Source of the DNA: Candidatus Binatia bacterium
Lineage (GTDB): Bacteria; Desulfobacterota; Binatia; HRBIN30
Assembly (NCBI GenBank): GCA_038245295.1
Contig: JBBRSP010000013.1
Coordinates: 64,001-128,000, forward strand
DNA length: 64,000 nt
Direction: 5' to 3'
Positions 1 to 8,764 of the stretch are shown here, piece by piece. Position 1 is the stretch's first letter. Each line of letters starts with the position of its first letter. Both the position numbers and the translations under genes were made by a program. Under the pieces are notes generated by a model. The model was not told the origin of the DNA, searched no databases, and was given only the letters and a program-made list of their open reading frames with translations.

Positions 1-761
1 AGCCCGATCACTGGGAGGATCGGGAAAAGCGTCTCGAGCAGTTTTCGAAGTGGCGCCTCACATGGGAGCCCAACAGCCGTTTCGAGTATCACCCACCCGC
101 GGCGCATTGGGTCCTCGCGGAGATCATCGAGCGTCGCAGCGGCGGCGACTTTCGTCAGTTCATCAGGCGCGAGATTCTCGACCCCTTGGAGCTGAGTGAA
201 ATGTTCATTGGTCTGCCGGAGGACAAACAAGGGCGCGTTGCCGACGTGTTCTATGTGAGTGAGCCGGTACCCCCGCCGGGGGGCTGGGCTCAGGTGACCC
301 CCGAAGCGATTCTCGGTCTCAATCATCCGACGGTCCGCAAGATCGGCATTCCCGGCGGCGGCGGCGTCACCGGTGCCGGCGAGTTGGCGCTGTTCTACCA
401 AGCGCTGGTGCATGGCGGCCAAGCTTCAAATGGCAAACGGATTTTGAAGGCGGAAACGATTGCCTATGCCACCAAGGTGCGAACCCTCGATCATCACCGT
501 GATGCCCTGTGGAATGTGCCGATCAATCGTGGCCTGAGCATCTGTGTGGCGGGAGGTGATGGCTTCTCGCACTACCGCGGTTTCGGCAAGGGCACGTCGC
601 CGCTTGCCTTTGGCCACGGCGGGGCCGGCGGCCAGATTGCCTGGGGAGATCCCGAGAGCGGCATCTCGCTGGGATTCTGTACGAACGGCTTCAGCGACTT
701 CGTCTCGCAGGGCCGGCGTATCACCGCTTTGTCGAGCCTGGCGGCGCAGTGCGCGGCGTGA
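1..761 (+). CDS. Serine hydrolase, beta-lactamase/esterase family (5' partial)
   Basis: Frame is open from base 3 (PDHWEDREK...WEPNSRFEYHP...) into ORF 186..761; has the FEYH tyrosine motif and C-terminal FGHGGAGG motif of class C beta-lactamase-like esterases. Confidence 0.85.
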   Translation, partial: PDHWEDREKRLEQFSKWRLTWEPNSRFEYHPPAAHWVLAEIIERRSGGDFRQFIRREILDPLELSEMFIGLPEDKQGRVADVFYVSEPVPPPGGWAQVTPEAILGLNHPTVRKIGIPGGGGVTGAGELALFYQALVHGGQASNGKRILKAETIAYATKVRTLDHHRDALWNVPINRGLSICVAGGDGFSHYRGFGKGTSPLAFGHGGAGGQIAWGDPESGISLGFCTNGFSDFVSQGRRITALSSLAAQCAA

Positions 762-1101
762 ACTGAGTTGGCGGCGGCGCGGTCCGCGCGCGGCACCTGA
801 GGGACGCTCCAGGTGCTGCGTGTTATGTGTGTTGCGCAGGCCGATTCGTCGGAAGGGTCAACGATTCCCGGTTGTGGGTACGGCGTTTCTCGATCTGGTT
901 CTCGATCGGATGGGGAGCGGCGACTTCGATGTCTGTGGACCCAACCTCGGCTCGACGGCGATAGCCCTCACGGCTGACCGCCTTCGCCGTTTCGATCGGT
1001 GTCATTCCAGATCACGAGTGGTGTCCGATTCGAAGACAGTCCTGTTCCGATCCGTTGTCGGTGCGCAACTCGGTTCGACCCTGCCACCGGCGGAACAACG
1101 A

Positions 1102-1117
1102 TGGCACCTCGCTTGCA
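1102..1117 (+). promoter_or_regulatory. Sigma-54 (-24/-12) promoter
   Basis: TGGCAC-CTCGC-TTGCA, exact GG-N10-GC spacing and near-consensus, 55 nt upstream of ATG 1172. Confidence 0.75.
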
Positions 1118-1171
1118 CTCTTCGGTTGCGTATCGAGGGACATACGCCAGTCGGCGCGTGCGGGAGAGACA

Positions 1172-2101
1172 ATGGCAAGCGAGGCCGATGTCATGGGTGG
1201 GAATCGCTGGGCACTGGTGCTCGCCGGAGGTGACGGTACACGGCTGCAGGAGCTGACACGACAGATCAGCGGAGCACCGATTCCAAAACAATATTGTCGC
1301 ATCCTCGGCAAGCGCACGATGCTGCAAACAACCATACGGCGGGTCGGGCGGTGGGCGCCACGGCAGCGCCTCGTGGTCGTCTTGAACCGCAATCACCTTG
1401 CGTTGGCGCGGCAGCAATTACACGGCGTTGCAGCCGAGAACATGCTGGTCCAACCCTGCAACCGCGACACCGGTCCGGGAATCCTTTTCGCCCTGTTGCG
1501 ACTCGCGCAGCGTGATCCACAGGCGATCGTCGCGGCATTTCCTAGCGACCACTATGTCGGCAACGACGCGACATTCATGCACTGCGTGGAACGAGCCGGC
1601 GATCTCGTGGCCACCACCCCGGATCAGATCGTCCTTTTGGGGATCCGCCCCGATCGCGTCGAGACCAGTCTCGGATACATCCTGCCTGGCGGGCCAGCCG
1701 CCGATCTCGTGATCGGCAAGCCGAGCGCGTTTCACGTTGGTGCCTTCTTCGAGAAGCCCAGTGCAGAATTGGCGACGCGCTTGGTTGCCCAGGGTGGGTT
1801 ATGGAATTGCTTTGTCATGGTATTCCGTGTGGCGCGGATGCTCGAGTTGCTGAGAAGGCGACTGCCGGTAGAGTACGCAGGCATGCTGGCAGCGGTTCAC
1901 GACTCGAACGACCACGCTCAGTTGTACGAACGGCTCCGGTCCTGGAACTTCTCAAGTCAATTCCTGACCCTGATCCCTGAGCATCTGAGCGTCCTCTGCG
2001 TCGAGGACGTTCGCTGGGATGACTGGGGTACACCCGAGGCAATTTACCGGACTCTTAGCCTGCTCAACCCGCCCCAGTTCATCGCCAGGTGGCGACATTG
2101 A
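1172..2101 (+). CDS. Sugar-phosphate nucleotidyltransferase, mannose-1-phosphate guanylyltransferase-like (no isomerase domain)
   Basis: LAGGDGTRL...PKQY, QPCNRDTGPG, PSDH, FEKP, WNCF and WDDWGT motifs; RBS GGGAGAG before ATG 1172. Confidence 0.85.
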   Translation: MASEADVMGGNRWALVLAGGDGTRLQELTRQISGAPIPKQYCRILGKRTMLQTTIRRVGRWAPRQRLVVVLNRNHLALARQQLHGVAAENMLVQPCNRDTGPGILFALLRLAQRDPQAIVAAFPSDHYVGNDATFMHCVERAGDLVATTPDQIVLLGIRPDRVETSLGYILPGGPAADLVIGKPSAFHVGAFFEKPSAELATRLVAQGGLWNCFVMVFRVARMLELLRRRLPVEYAGMLAAVHDSNDHAQLYERLRSWNFSSQFLTLIPEHLSVLCVEDVRWDDWGTPEAIYRTLSLLNPPQFIARWRH

Positions 2102-2123
2102 ACCTACAAGAGGAGGACTGCGA

Positions 2124-2603
2124 ATGAATATCGGTCAGATTATGAAACAGAGTGTCGAGGCCTGCGGTCCCGCCGACACGCTGCACCGTGCTGCCCAGAT
2201 CATGTGGGATCACGATTGCGGATGCGTGCCCGTCGTCGACGCCGAGCGCCATGTGGTTGGCATGATCACCGACCGGGACATTTGCATGGCGGCCTACACG
2301 CGTGGCGTACCGTTGGCAGCCTTGCGCGTCAGTGAGGTGATTTCGAAGACCTTGTTCTCGTGCCGGCCGGATGACCTGGTCAGCAAGGCCGAGCGCCTCA
2401 TGTCTAACTATCAGGTACATCGATTGCCGGTCGTCGATGCGGAGGGCTACCTCGTCGGCATCCTGTCGCTCAGCGACATCGCCGAAGAGGCGGCGTGCGA
2501 GACGGCGCGTAAGAAGAAGGATGTCACCCTGACGCAGGTCGGCGAGCTGATCGAGGCCATCTCGCGGCCGCGGATCTCCGTTCCTCTGGCGAACGGCGGC
2601 TGA
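2124..2603 (+). CDS. CBS-domain protein
   Basis: Tandem CBS pair (MWDHDCGCVPVV...GMITDRDI; RLPVVD...GILSLSD); RBS AGGAGG. Confidence 0.9.
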   Translation: MNIGQIMKQSVEACGPADTLHRAAQIMWDHDCGCVPVVDAERHVVGMITDRDICMAAYTRGVPLAALRVSEVISKTLFSCRPDDLVSKAERLMSNYQVHRLPVVDAEGYLVGILSLSDIAEEAACETARKKKDVTLTQVGELIEAISRPRISVPLANGG

Positions 2604-2699
2604 GGTCGGCTCGTAGAATAGGGAACGTCAATCCTGGGCGCCGCCTTTTGGAAACGGCCTCTGGCGTAATCCCTGCGTCGATGCTGTAAACGTCGACGC

Positions 2700-3557
2700 A
2701 TGGATTACGAACAGCTGCTGTATGAAGTAAGCGATGGCGTTCTCACCCTGACGTTGCATCGCCCGGAGAAGCTCAACGCATTTACGACGCGCATGATGGT
2801 CGAGTTGATCGACGCGTTCGACCGTGCCGATGCCGACGATGCCGTGCGTGTCATCATCATCACCGGATCAGGTCGCGCCTTTTGCGCTGGTGCCGACATC
2901 TCCGGCGGGAGCAGCAACTTCGTCGGCGGCGGTGAGCAGAGTCGCGGCGTCGACGAGCATCGTGACGGTGGTGGTTTGCTGGCGTTGCGCATCTTCGAAT
3001 TGAAGAAGCCGATCATTGCGGCCATCAACGGGCCGGCCGTCGGGGTAGGCATTACGATGACCCTGCCGATGGACATCCGCATCGCCTCGACGTCGGCGAA
3101 AATGGGTTTTGTCTTCGCCAAACGCGGCATCGTTCCGGAAGCCTGCAGTAGCTGGTTCCTACCGCGCCTTGTCGGCATCAGTCAGGCGGTCGAATGGGTC
3201 TATACCGGTCGCATTTTTCCGGCTGGGGAAGCGCTGACGGGCCGGTTGGTGAGCCGCGTTGTTCCTCCGGAAGAACTACTGGAAACGGCGCAATCCATCG
3301 CGCGGGAGATCTGTACAGATACGTCGGCCATGTCGGTGACTCTGTCCCGCCAGATGTTCTGGAGGATGATGACCGCCGATCACCCGATGGAGGCGCATAA
3401 GATCGAGTCGAAGGCTGTGCTTTGGACAGCCGGCAACAGCGACGCCATCGAAGGTGTCACCTCGTTCCTGCAAAAGCGGCGGCCGCAGTTTTCTTTGCGC
3501 CCGAGCAGCGACATGCCCCCGTTCTACCCGTGGTGGCCGGAGCGGCGGTTCAAGTGA
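2700..3557 (+). CDS. Enoyl-CoA hydratase/isomerase (crotonase) family protein
   Basis: RPEKLNA, AFCAGAD, INGPAVGVG and GIVPE motifs. Confidence 0.92.
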   Translation: MDYEQLLYEVSDGVLTLTLHRPEKLNAFTTRMMVELIDAFDRADADDAVRVIIITGSGRAFCAGADISGGSSNFVGGGEQSRGVDEHRDGGGLLALRIFELKKPIIAAINGPAVGVGITMTLPMDIRIASTSAKMGFVFAKRGIVPEACSSWFLPRLVGISQAVEWVYTGRIFPAGEALTGRLVSRVVPPEELLETAQSIAREICTDTSAMSVTLSRQMFWRMMTADHPMEAHKIESKAVLWTAGNSDAIEGVTSFLQKRRPQFSLRPSSDMPPFYPWWPERRFK

Positions 3558-3561
3558 TTCT

Positions 3562-3686
3562 AGTTGAGAGTAGAGAGTTGAGAGTCGAGACGCGGTTCGG
3601 AGGCCATCGCTCGACGCGCTGGCGAAACCTCGCCGACCCACTCAGCAACTCTCAGCTCTGGACGCCCGACTCTCAACTCGCCAACC
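3562..3686. repeat. Inverted heptamer arrays (AGTTGAG-like x4 and a degenerate CTCAACT-like complementary arm) forming a long hairpin
   Basis: agttgag-agtagag-agttgag-agtcgag at 3562-3589; complementary ctcagca/actctca/gctctgg/actctca/actcgcc at ~3641-3682. Confidence 0.6.
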
Positions 3687-3687
3687 G

Positions 3688-4425
3688 ATGAGTCGTATCG
3701 CCATTTTTGCCGCGCTTCAGTGGGAGTGTGTGCCGGTTTTGAAATCGATGCCGCAGGCCGAGCGCGGACACCTGGGTGGCTTCACGGCCTGGTCGTCGCG
3801 GCGCGGGCAAACGGAGATCGTCCTCATCAAGACCGGTATTGGGTTTACGCAGGCCGCCGCCGCGGCCGCGGCGGTGAGCGACAGTGCCCAGTGGGACCTG
3901 TTCGTGTCGACCGGCTGTGCCGGAGCCCTCGATGAGCGGCTGGATCGCGGCCATTTGACGCTGGCCACCGAGATGATCGACCAGGCTCTTGGCACCACGG
4001 TCGGCACGGACGAGGAAGAACGACAGCGCTTCGTGGCGGCGGCCGGCGATGCGGCGCGCCTGGAAGGTCGGGTGCTCAGCAGTCCGCGTGCTCTGGCGAC
4101 GATCGCCGAGAAGCGCGCCGCGGCGATTCAATTCGATGCGGTCGCGGTCGAGATGGAAGGTGCACCTCTGAGTGCCTGCGCCCAACGCCTCGGCGTGCCG
4201 TTCGTGTCGGTGCGTTCGATTCTCGATCGCGCCGATACCGAGCTCGAGCACTCCGGCCAATTTGTCGATACCCAGACCGGCGCGGTAAAGCCGTTTGCGC
4301 TGGCGCGACATCTGGTTGCTCACCCGTCGGCTGTGCGCTCGTTGTACGGTCTGAAGACCATGATGGACGCCTCGCAGTCCACTCTGCGCGACGTCTTCCA
4401 GCGCTGGAGTGCCGCGCTGCGCTAG
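3688..4425 (+). CDS. Nucleoside phosphorylase / MTA-SAH nucleosidase family protein (HpnG-like)
   Basis: IFAALQWE, TGIG, STGCAGAL, AVEMEGA and VRSILD motifs of the PNP/UDP family. Confidence 0.75.
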   Translation: MSRIAIFAALQWECVPVLKSMPQAERGHLGGFTAWSSRRGQTEIVLIKTGIGFTQAAAAAAAVSDSAQWDLFVSTGCAGALDERLDRGHLTLATEMIDQALGTTVGTDEEERQRFVAAAGDAARLEGRVLSSPRALATIAEKRAAAIQFDAVAVEMEGAPLSACAQRLGVPFVSVRSILDRADTELEHSGQFVDTQTGAVKPFALARHLVAHPSAVRSLYGLKTMMDASQSTLRDVFQRWSAALR

Positions 4426-4448
4426 CTTTAAGGCCAAAGGAGCACTCC

Positions 4449-6440
4449 TTGAGTTACCCGAACCTGTTCTCGTCGCTGGCGATCGGTCCTGTCACATCGC
4501 GTAACCGCATCGTTTTCGGGGCTCATTTCACCATGTTCTCCGAGCCCTCGCGTCGTTGGGGTGAGCCGGGGCATCACGGCCAACGACTGGCCCGCTACGT
4601 CGAAGACCGCGCCCGCGGCGGCGCCGGTGTGATCATTGTCGGTCAGACGCAGGTTCATCCAACGACCGCCTATCAGATGACCAACAACGCGACGGCGTGG
4701 GATCCGGAGGCGGTGCCGCATTTCCAGGCCGTTACCGAGGCTATTCATCGCCAGGCATCGCTGGCGTTTCTGCAGTTGGCGCACAATGGCGGCGTCAACT
4801 TTGGGTCGTGGTCGAAGCTGCCAGCCTGGACACCGTCGGCCATCGTCAACTCGACGGAGGCTCCGAAGGTTCTGGAGAAACACGAGATCGACGAGCTCAT
4901 CCGTTATTTCGCGACATCGGCGCATAACGCCGCGCTCGGCGGTTTCGACGGCATCGAGATCCACGCGGCGCACGGGTACCTGATCCATGAATTCCTGTCC
5001 CCGCGGAGCAATAAGCGCGACGACGAATACGGCGGTTCACTCGACAACCGCATGCGCTTCCTGGTTGAGGTGCTGCGCGCTGTCCGCGCGGCTGTCGGTC
5101 CCGCTGTTGCCGTCGGCGTGCGTCTCGTTGGCGACGAAGAGCTAGCTTACGACGCGGCTGCCCTCCGGCCGACCGATGCTGCCGAGATCGCCGCACGTCT
5201 CGAGGCGGACGGGCTTGTGGACTTCATCAATGTCAGTGTTGGGATCTCCGGCCTCGGTATGGTTCGGCCACTCTACGCGCCACACCTCCTCGGCGTGCCG
5301 GCGACGCGCGTTGTGAAGGCTGCTGTGTCGTACACGCCGATTTTCGCCGTGCATCGGATCGTCACCCCCGATGAAGCCGAAGAGATCGTCGCCGGCGGCG
5401 ATGCCGATGCGGTGACGCTGGTGCGCGCCTTGATCGCCGATCCCGAGTGGCCATCCAAGGCGCAGGCGATGCGAGCCGAAGAGATTCGTCTGTGCACGGG
5501 CTGCAATCAGGGCTGTTATGGCAACTTGACGCAGAACATGCCGATCACGTGTGTGACCAACCCAGCGGTCGGCCGCGACGACGAGCTTGGGCTCGGCACA
5601 CTGGCCGCGGCGGCGACGAAGAAGACTGTGGTGGTGGTGGGTGGCGGTCCGGGCGGTCTTGAGGCGGCATGGGTGGCGGCAGCCCGCGGGCACCGCGTGA
5701 TCTTGTTGGAACGTGCGGCGCAGCTGGGTGGCAAGATCCGCCTGGCGCAGCGTCTGCCGGGCCGTGCAGAGATCGCCGACTTCGCCGACTGGCGTGCTGC
5801 CGAGTGCGGGCGGCGCGGTGTCGACGTGCGCCTGAATACGGAGGCCAGCGTCGACAGCGTCCTGGCCCTGCGCCCCGACGGTGTTATCGTCGCAACCGGT
5901 GGCCGCGCAACGAAACACGGCTCGTCGAAGTTCTTTCCAATGCCGATCGCCGGGGCCGAGCAAGACTTCGTGATTGATCACGAGCAGGCGCTGCAGCGAA
6001 TCGACAGCCTGGGGAAGCGCGTGATCATCTTCGACTTGGTCGGCCACATCGAGGCCATCGGCCTCGGCGAGATGATCGCGACCGCCGGCGCCGAAGTGAG
6101 TGTCGTGACGACCTTGCCGATGCCGATGAATCTCGATCGTGAAACCATGGGCGCCGCCTTGGGGCGCGCCTGTCGTGCCGGTATGCGCTGGCGACCCAAT
6201 ACGGCCGTGGCGATGATTGGCGATCACGCGGTGACGCTGGTGGATGTGTTCAGCCGCGGTATGGAGCATGTGGACGCGGTGGACACGGTGATCCTGCGGA
6301 CCAATGGGCTGCCGCACGATGCACTCTACTTCGCGCTGAAAGACAAGGTTTCTACTGTCATTCGCATTGGTGATGCCGTTGCTGTGCGCTGGGCTGATCG
6401 TGCCATCTTCGATGGCCACATGGCGGGCCGGCAGGTGTGA
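4449..6440 (+). CDS. FadH/old yellow enzyme family flavoprotein oxidoreductase with 4Fe-4S and FAD domains
   Basis: TIM barrel (GFDGIEIHAAHGYL, NKRDDEYGGS), CTGCNQGC...C, GGGPGG FAD motif; TTG start with AAGGAG RBS. Confidence 0.9.
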   Translation: MSYPNLFSSLAIGPVTSRNRIVFGAHFTMFSEPSRRWGEPGHHGQRLARYVEDRARGGAGVIIVGQTQVHPTTAYQMTNNATAWDPEAVPHFQAVTEAIHRQASLAFLQLAHNGGVNFGSWSKLPAWTPSAIVNSTEAPKVLEKHEIDELIRYFATSAHNAALGGFDGIEIHAAHGYLIHEFLSPRSNKRDDEYGGSLDNRMRFLVEVLRAVRAAVGPAVAVGVRLVGDEELAYDAAALRPTDAAEIAARLEADGLVDFINVSVGISGLGMVRPLYAPHLLGVPATRVVKAAVSYTPIFAVHRIVTPDEAEEIVAGGDADAVTLVRALIADPEWPSKAQAMRAEEIRLCTGCNQGCYGNLTQNMPITCVTNPAVGRDDELGLGTLAAAATKKTVVVVGGGPGGLEAAWVAAARGHRVILLERAAQLGGKIRLAQRLPGRAEIADFADWRAAECGRRGVDVRLNTEASVDSVLALRPDGVIVATGGRATKHGSSKFFPMPIAGAEQDFVIDHEQALQRIDSLGKRVIIFDLVGHIEAIGLGEMIATAGAEVSVVTTLPMPMNLDRETMGAALGRACRAGMRWRPNTAVAMIGDHAVTLVDVFSRGMEHVDAVDTVILRTNGLPHDALYFALKDKVSTVIRIGDAVAVRWADRAIFDGHMAGRQV

Positions 6441-6486
6441 TGCGTTTCCGTCGTTGGGCGGCGCGGAGCGCCGCGCTCCGTGCTTT

Positions 6487-6512
6487 GCGGAGCGCGCCAC
6501 TCCGTGGCGCCC
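6487..6512 (+). repeat. REP-like palindrome GCGGAGCGCGCCACTCCGTGGCGCCC (free copy of the MITE-internal motif)
   Basis: Matches the internal inverted repeats at ~27087/27156 and ~28910/28979; hairpin GCGCCAC-TCC-GTGGCGC. Confidence 0.75.
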
Positions 6513-6598
6513 CCCCGTGCGGAATCACTTGACTTGAACGCATCTAAGCAACGCCGCGATTGAGGCGACGACGCCGGCTCAGTATGGTGCGCGCACTC

Positions 6599-7954
6599 AT
6601 GGCGAAGACGCGCACGTTGTATGCTTGTCAAAGTTGTGGCTTCCAGTCGCCGCGCTGGCTTGGGCGCTGTCCGGATTGCCAAGGTTGGAACACGTTGGTC
6701 GAAGAACGCGAGACTTCGGCGACCGTAGAGCGGCATCGCCTGGCACCGGCCGGTGTAACGCCGCTGCCGATTACCGAAGTCGAGGCGGCCAATGAGCCCC
6801 GCCGGCCCTCGGGGATCGGGGAATTTGATAGAGTTTTGGGCGGTGGCGTCGTTCCAGGGTCGGTGATCCTGATCGGTGGCGACCCCGGGATCGGCAAATC
6901 GACTCTGGTGTTGCAGGCGCTGGCGGCGCTGGCGCGGTATGGCCAGGTACTCTACGTCTCGGGCGAAGAGTCGCCGCAGCAAGTGAAGATGCGTGCCGAG
7001 CGTCTGGGGGCTCTGAACGAGAGACTACTGGTGCTGGCCGAGACCAATCTCGAACGCATCATGGACCACACCAAGCAGCTTGCTCCGGTGGCGGTGGCGA
7101 TCGATTCGATCCAAACCGTGTTCACCGAGCAGCTACCGTCTGCACCGGGTAGCATCGGACAGGTGCGGGACTGCGCCGCGCAGCTCGTTCTGCTCGCCAA
7201 ACGCGACAACATTCCGACGTTCCTCGTCGGTCACGTCACCAAGGAAGGCGCCTTCGCCGGGCCGCGCGTGCTCGAGCACATGGTCGACACCGTCCTCTAT
7301 TTCGAGGGCGAGCGTGGCCATCCGTTCCGGATCTTGCGCGCCGTCAAGAATCGCTTCGGCTCGACCAACGAGATCGGTGTCTTCGAGATGAAAGAAAGTG
7401 GCCTGGCGCCGGTGGCGAATCCGTCGGCGCTGTTTTTGGCCGAAAGGCCGGAGGACGTTCCCGGATCGGCGGTCGTCGCCAGCCTCGAAGGGACACGGCC
7501 GATCCTGGTCGAAGTGCAAGCTCTCGTCTCGACCACATCCTTCGGTACGCCGCGGCGCACCACCCTGGGGATCGACCCGAATCGCGTCGCACTGCTGATC
7601 GCCGTGATCGAGAAGAAGATGGGAATCCATCTCATCGGCCAGGACGTCTTCGTCAACGTCGCCGGCGGTGTGCGTCTCGACGAGCCAGCCGTCGATCTTG
7701 GTGTCATCGCCGCTGTCGGCTCGAGTTTCCTCGACAAACCGGTCGACCCTCAGACGTTGCTCATTGGTGAGGTCGGTCTCGCCGGCGAAGTGCGCGCCGT
7801 GAGTCAGGTCGACACACGCGTCCGCGAAGCCGCCAAGCTCGGCTTCACGCGCTGCATCATCCCCGAATCCTCGCGCAAACAACTCTCGGGCATCGACGGC
7901 GTTGAGATCATTGGTGTCGCGTCGCTGGCCGCGGCGTGGGAGCAGTTGTTCTAA
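6599..7954 (+). CDS. radA: DNA repair protein RadA (Sms)
   Basis: C4 zinc finger, GGDPGIGKST Walker A, KNRFG motif, C-terminal Lon-like domain. Confidence 0.97.
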   Translation: MAKTRTLYACQSCGFQSPRWLGRCPDCQGWNTLVEERETSATVERHRLAPAGVTPLPITEVEAANEPRRPSGIGEFDRVLGGGVVPGSVILIGGDPGIGKSTLVLQALAALARYGQVLYVSGEESPQQVKMRAERLGALNERLLVLAETNLERIMDHTKQLAPVAVAIDSIQTVFTEQLPSAPGSIGQVRDCAAQLVLLAKRDNIPTFLVGHVTKEGAFAGPRVLEHMVDTVLYFEGERGHPFRILRAVKNRFGSTNEIGVFEMKESGLAPVANPSALFLAERPEDVPGSAVVASLEGTRPILVEVQALVSTTSFGTPRRTTLGIDPNRVALLIAVIEKKMGIHLIGQDVFVNVAGGVRLDEPAVDLGVIAAVGSSFLDKPVDPQTLLIGEVGLAGEVRAVSQVDTRVREAAKLGFTRCIIPESSRKQLSGIDGVEIIGVASLAAAWEQLF

Positions 7955-7993
7955 CCGTCGTCTTCGCCGACCTTTGCCTGCGTGAGGTCCACG

Positions 7994-8611
7994 ATGCTCT
8001 CGCGTCCACGAAGAACGACGATTCTGATAGACCCGGTGCTGTCGCGCCTGGCCTATCGCTGTTACCCGAACGGCTGCCCCAGTGGGCGGACGTGTTGTGT
8101 CGGTCTGGCTGTGAGTGTCTCGCGCTCCGAGATTCGTATCATCGACTCGCTCATGGATGAGTTGGCGCGTCTCGTGCCGGGCCTGCGGCAAGGGAAGGGC
8201 TACGCCAACGTCTTCACGGATGACGTCGGCGACGAACAGATTGATCCGCGCGACGAACTGGGTACCTGTCCATTCATGCTTCGGAAGGGCGGTCACGCGT
8301 TGTGTGCCCTGCACCATCTCGCCCTGCAAAGCGAACGCGACGTTGCCGCCGTGAAGCCGCGTGCTTGCCGCCACTGGCCGCTCCTCCTGGTCCGCCGTGG
8401 GCGGGGCTTTCGCATCACCGTCCACGCCGATGCCGAGAGAATCGGCTGCGTCGCCCCTGTCGCTGACCTGCCGGGGCAGCCCTCGATGCGAACGGCGTTT
8501 GCCGCCGAAATCGACGAACTGCGGCGGCTCGTTCGCGGCGAGTCGATTGTCACCAAATCGCCATCGACCGGAAATCGCCGCCGCCCGGTTGCGGCGCCCG
8601 GCCTCAAGTAG
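7994..8611 (+). CDS. Cys-rich DUF3109/YkgJ-like putative metal-binding protein
   Basis: C..C..TCC, GTCPF, LCALH and KPRACRHWP pattern. Confidence 0.6.
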   Translation: MLSRPRRTTILIDPVLSRLAYRCYPNGCPSGRTCCVGLAVSVSRSEIRIIDSLMDELARLVPGLRQGKGYANVFTDDVGDEQIDPRDELGTCPFMLRKGGHALCALHHLALQSERDVAAVKPRACRHWPLLLVRRGRGFRITVHADAERIGCVAPVADLPGQPSMRTAFAAEIDELRRLVRGESIVTKSPSTGNRRRPVAAPGLK

Positions 8612-8764
8612 TAGACCGATAGTCTTCGGTGCGTGCGCCGAATGGGCGGGTCGTGGGAACCTCTGCGACCAGGTTGGATGAGTTTATAGAAGACTGAAGT
8701 GTGCAGCTCGGAACGCCTCTGGCTCTTCCCCGTTTCGAGCGGTGCGTGGGTAAGGGAGGGACCC

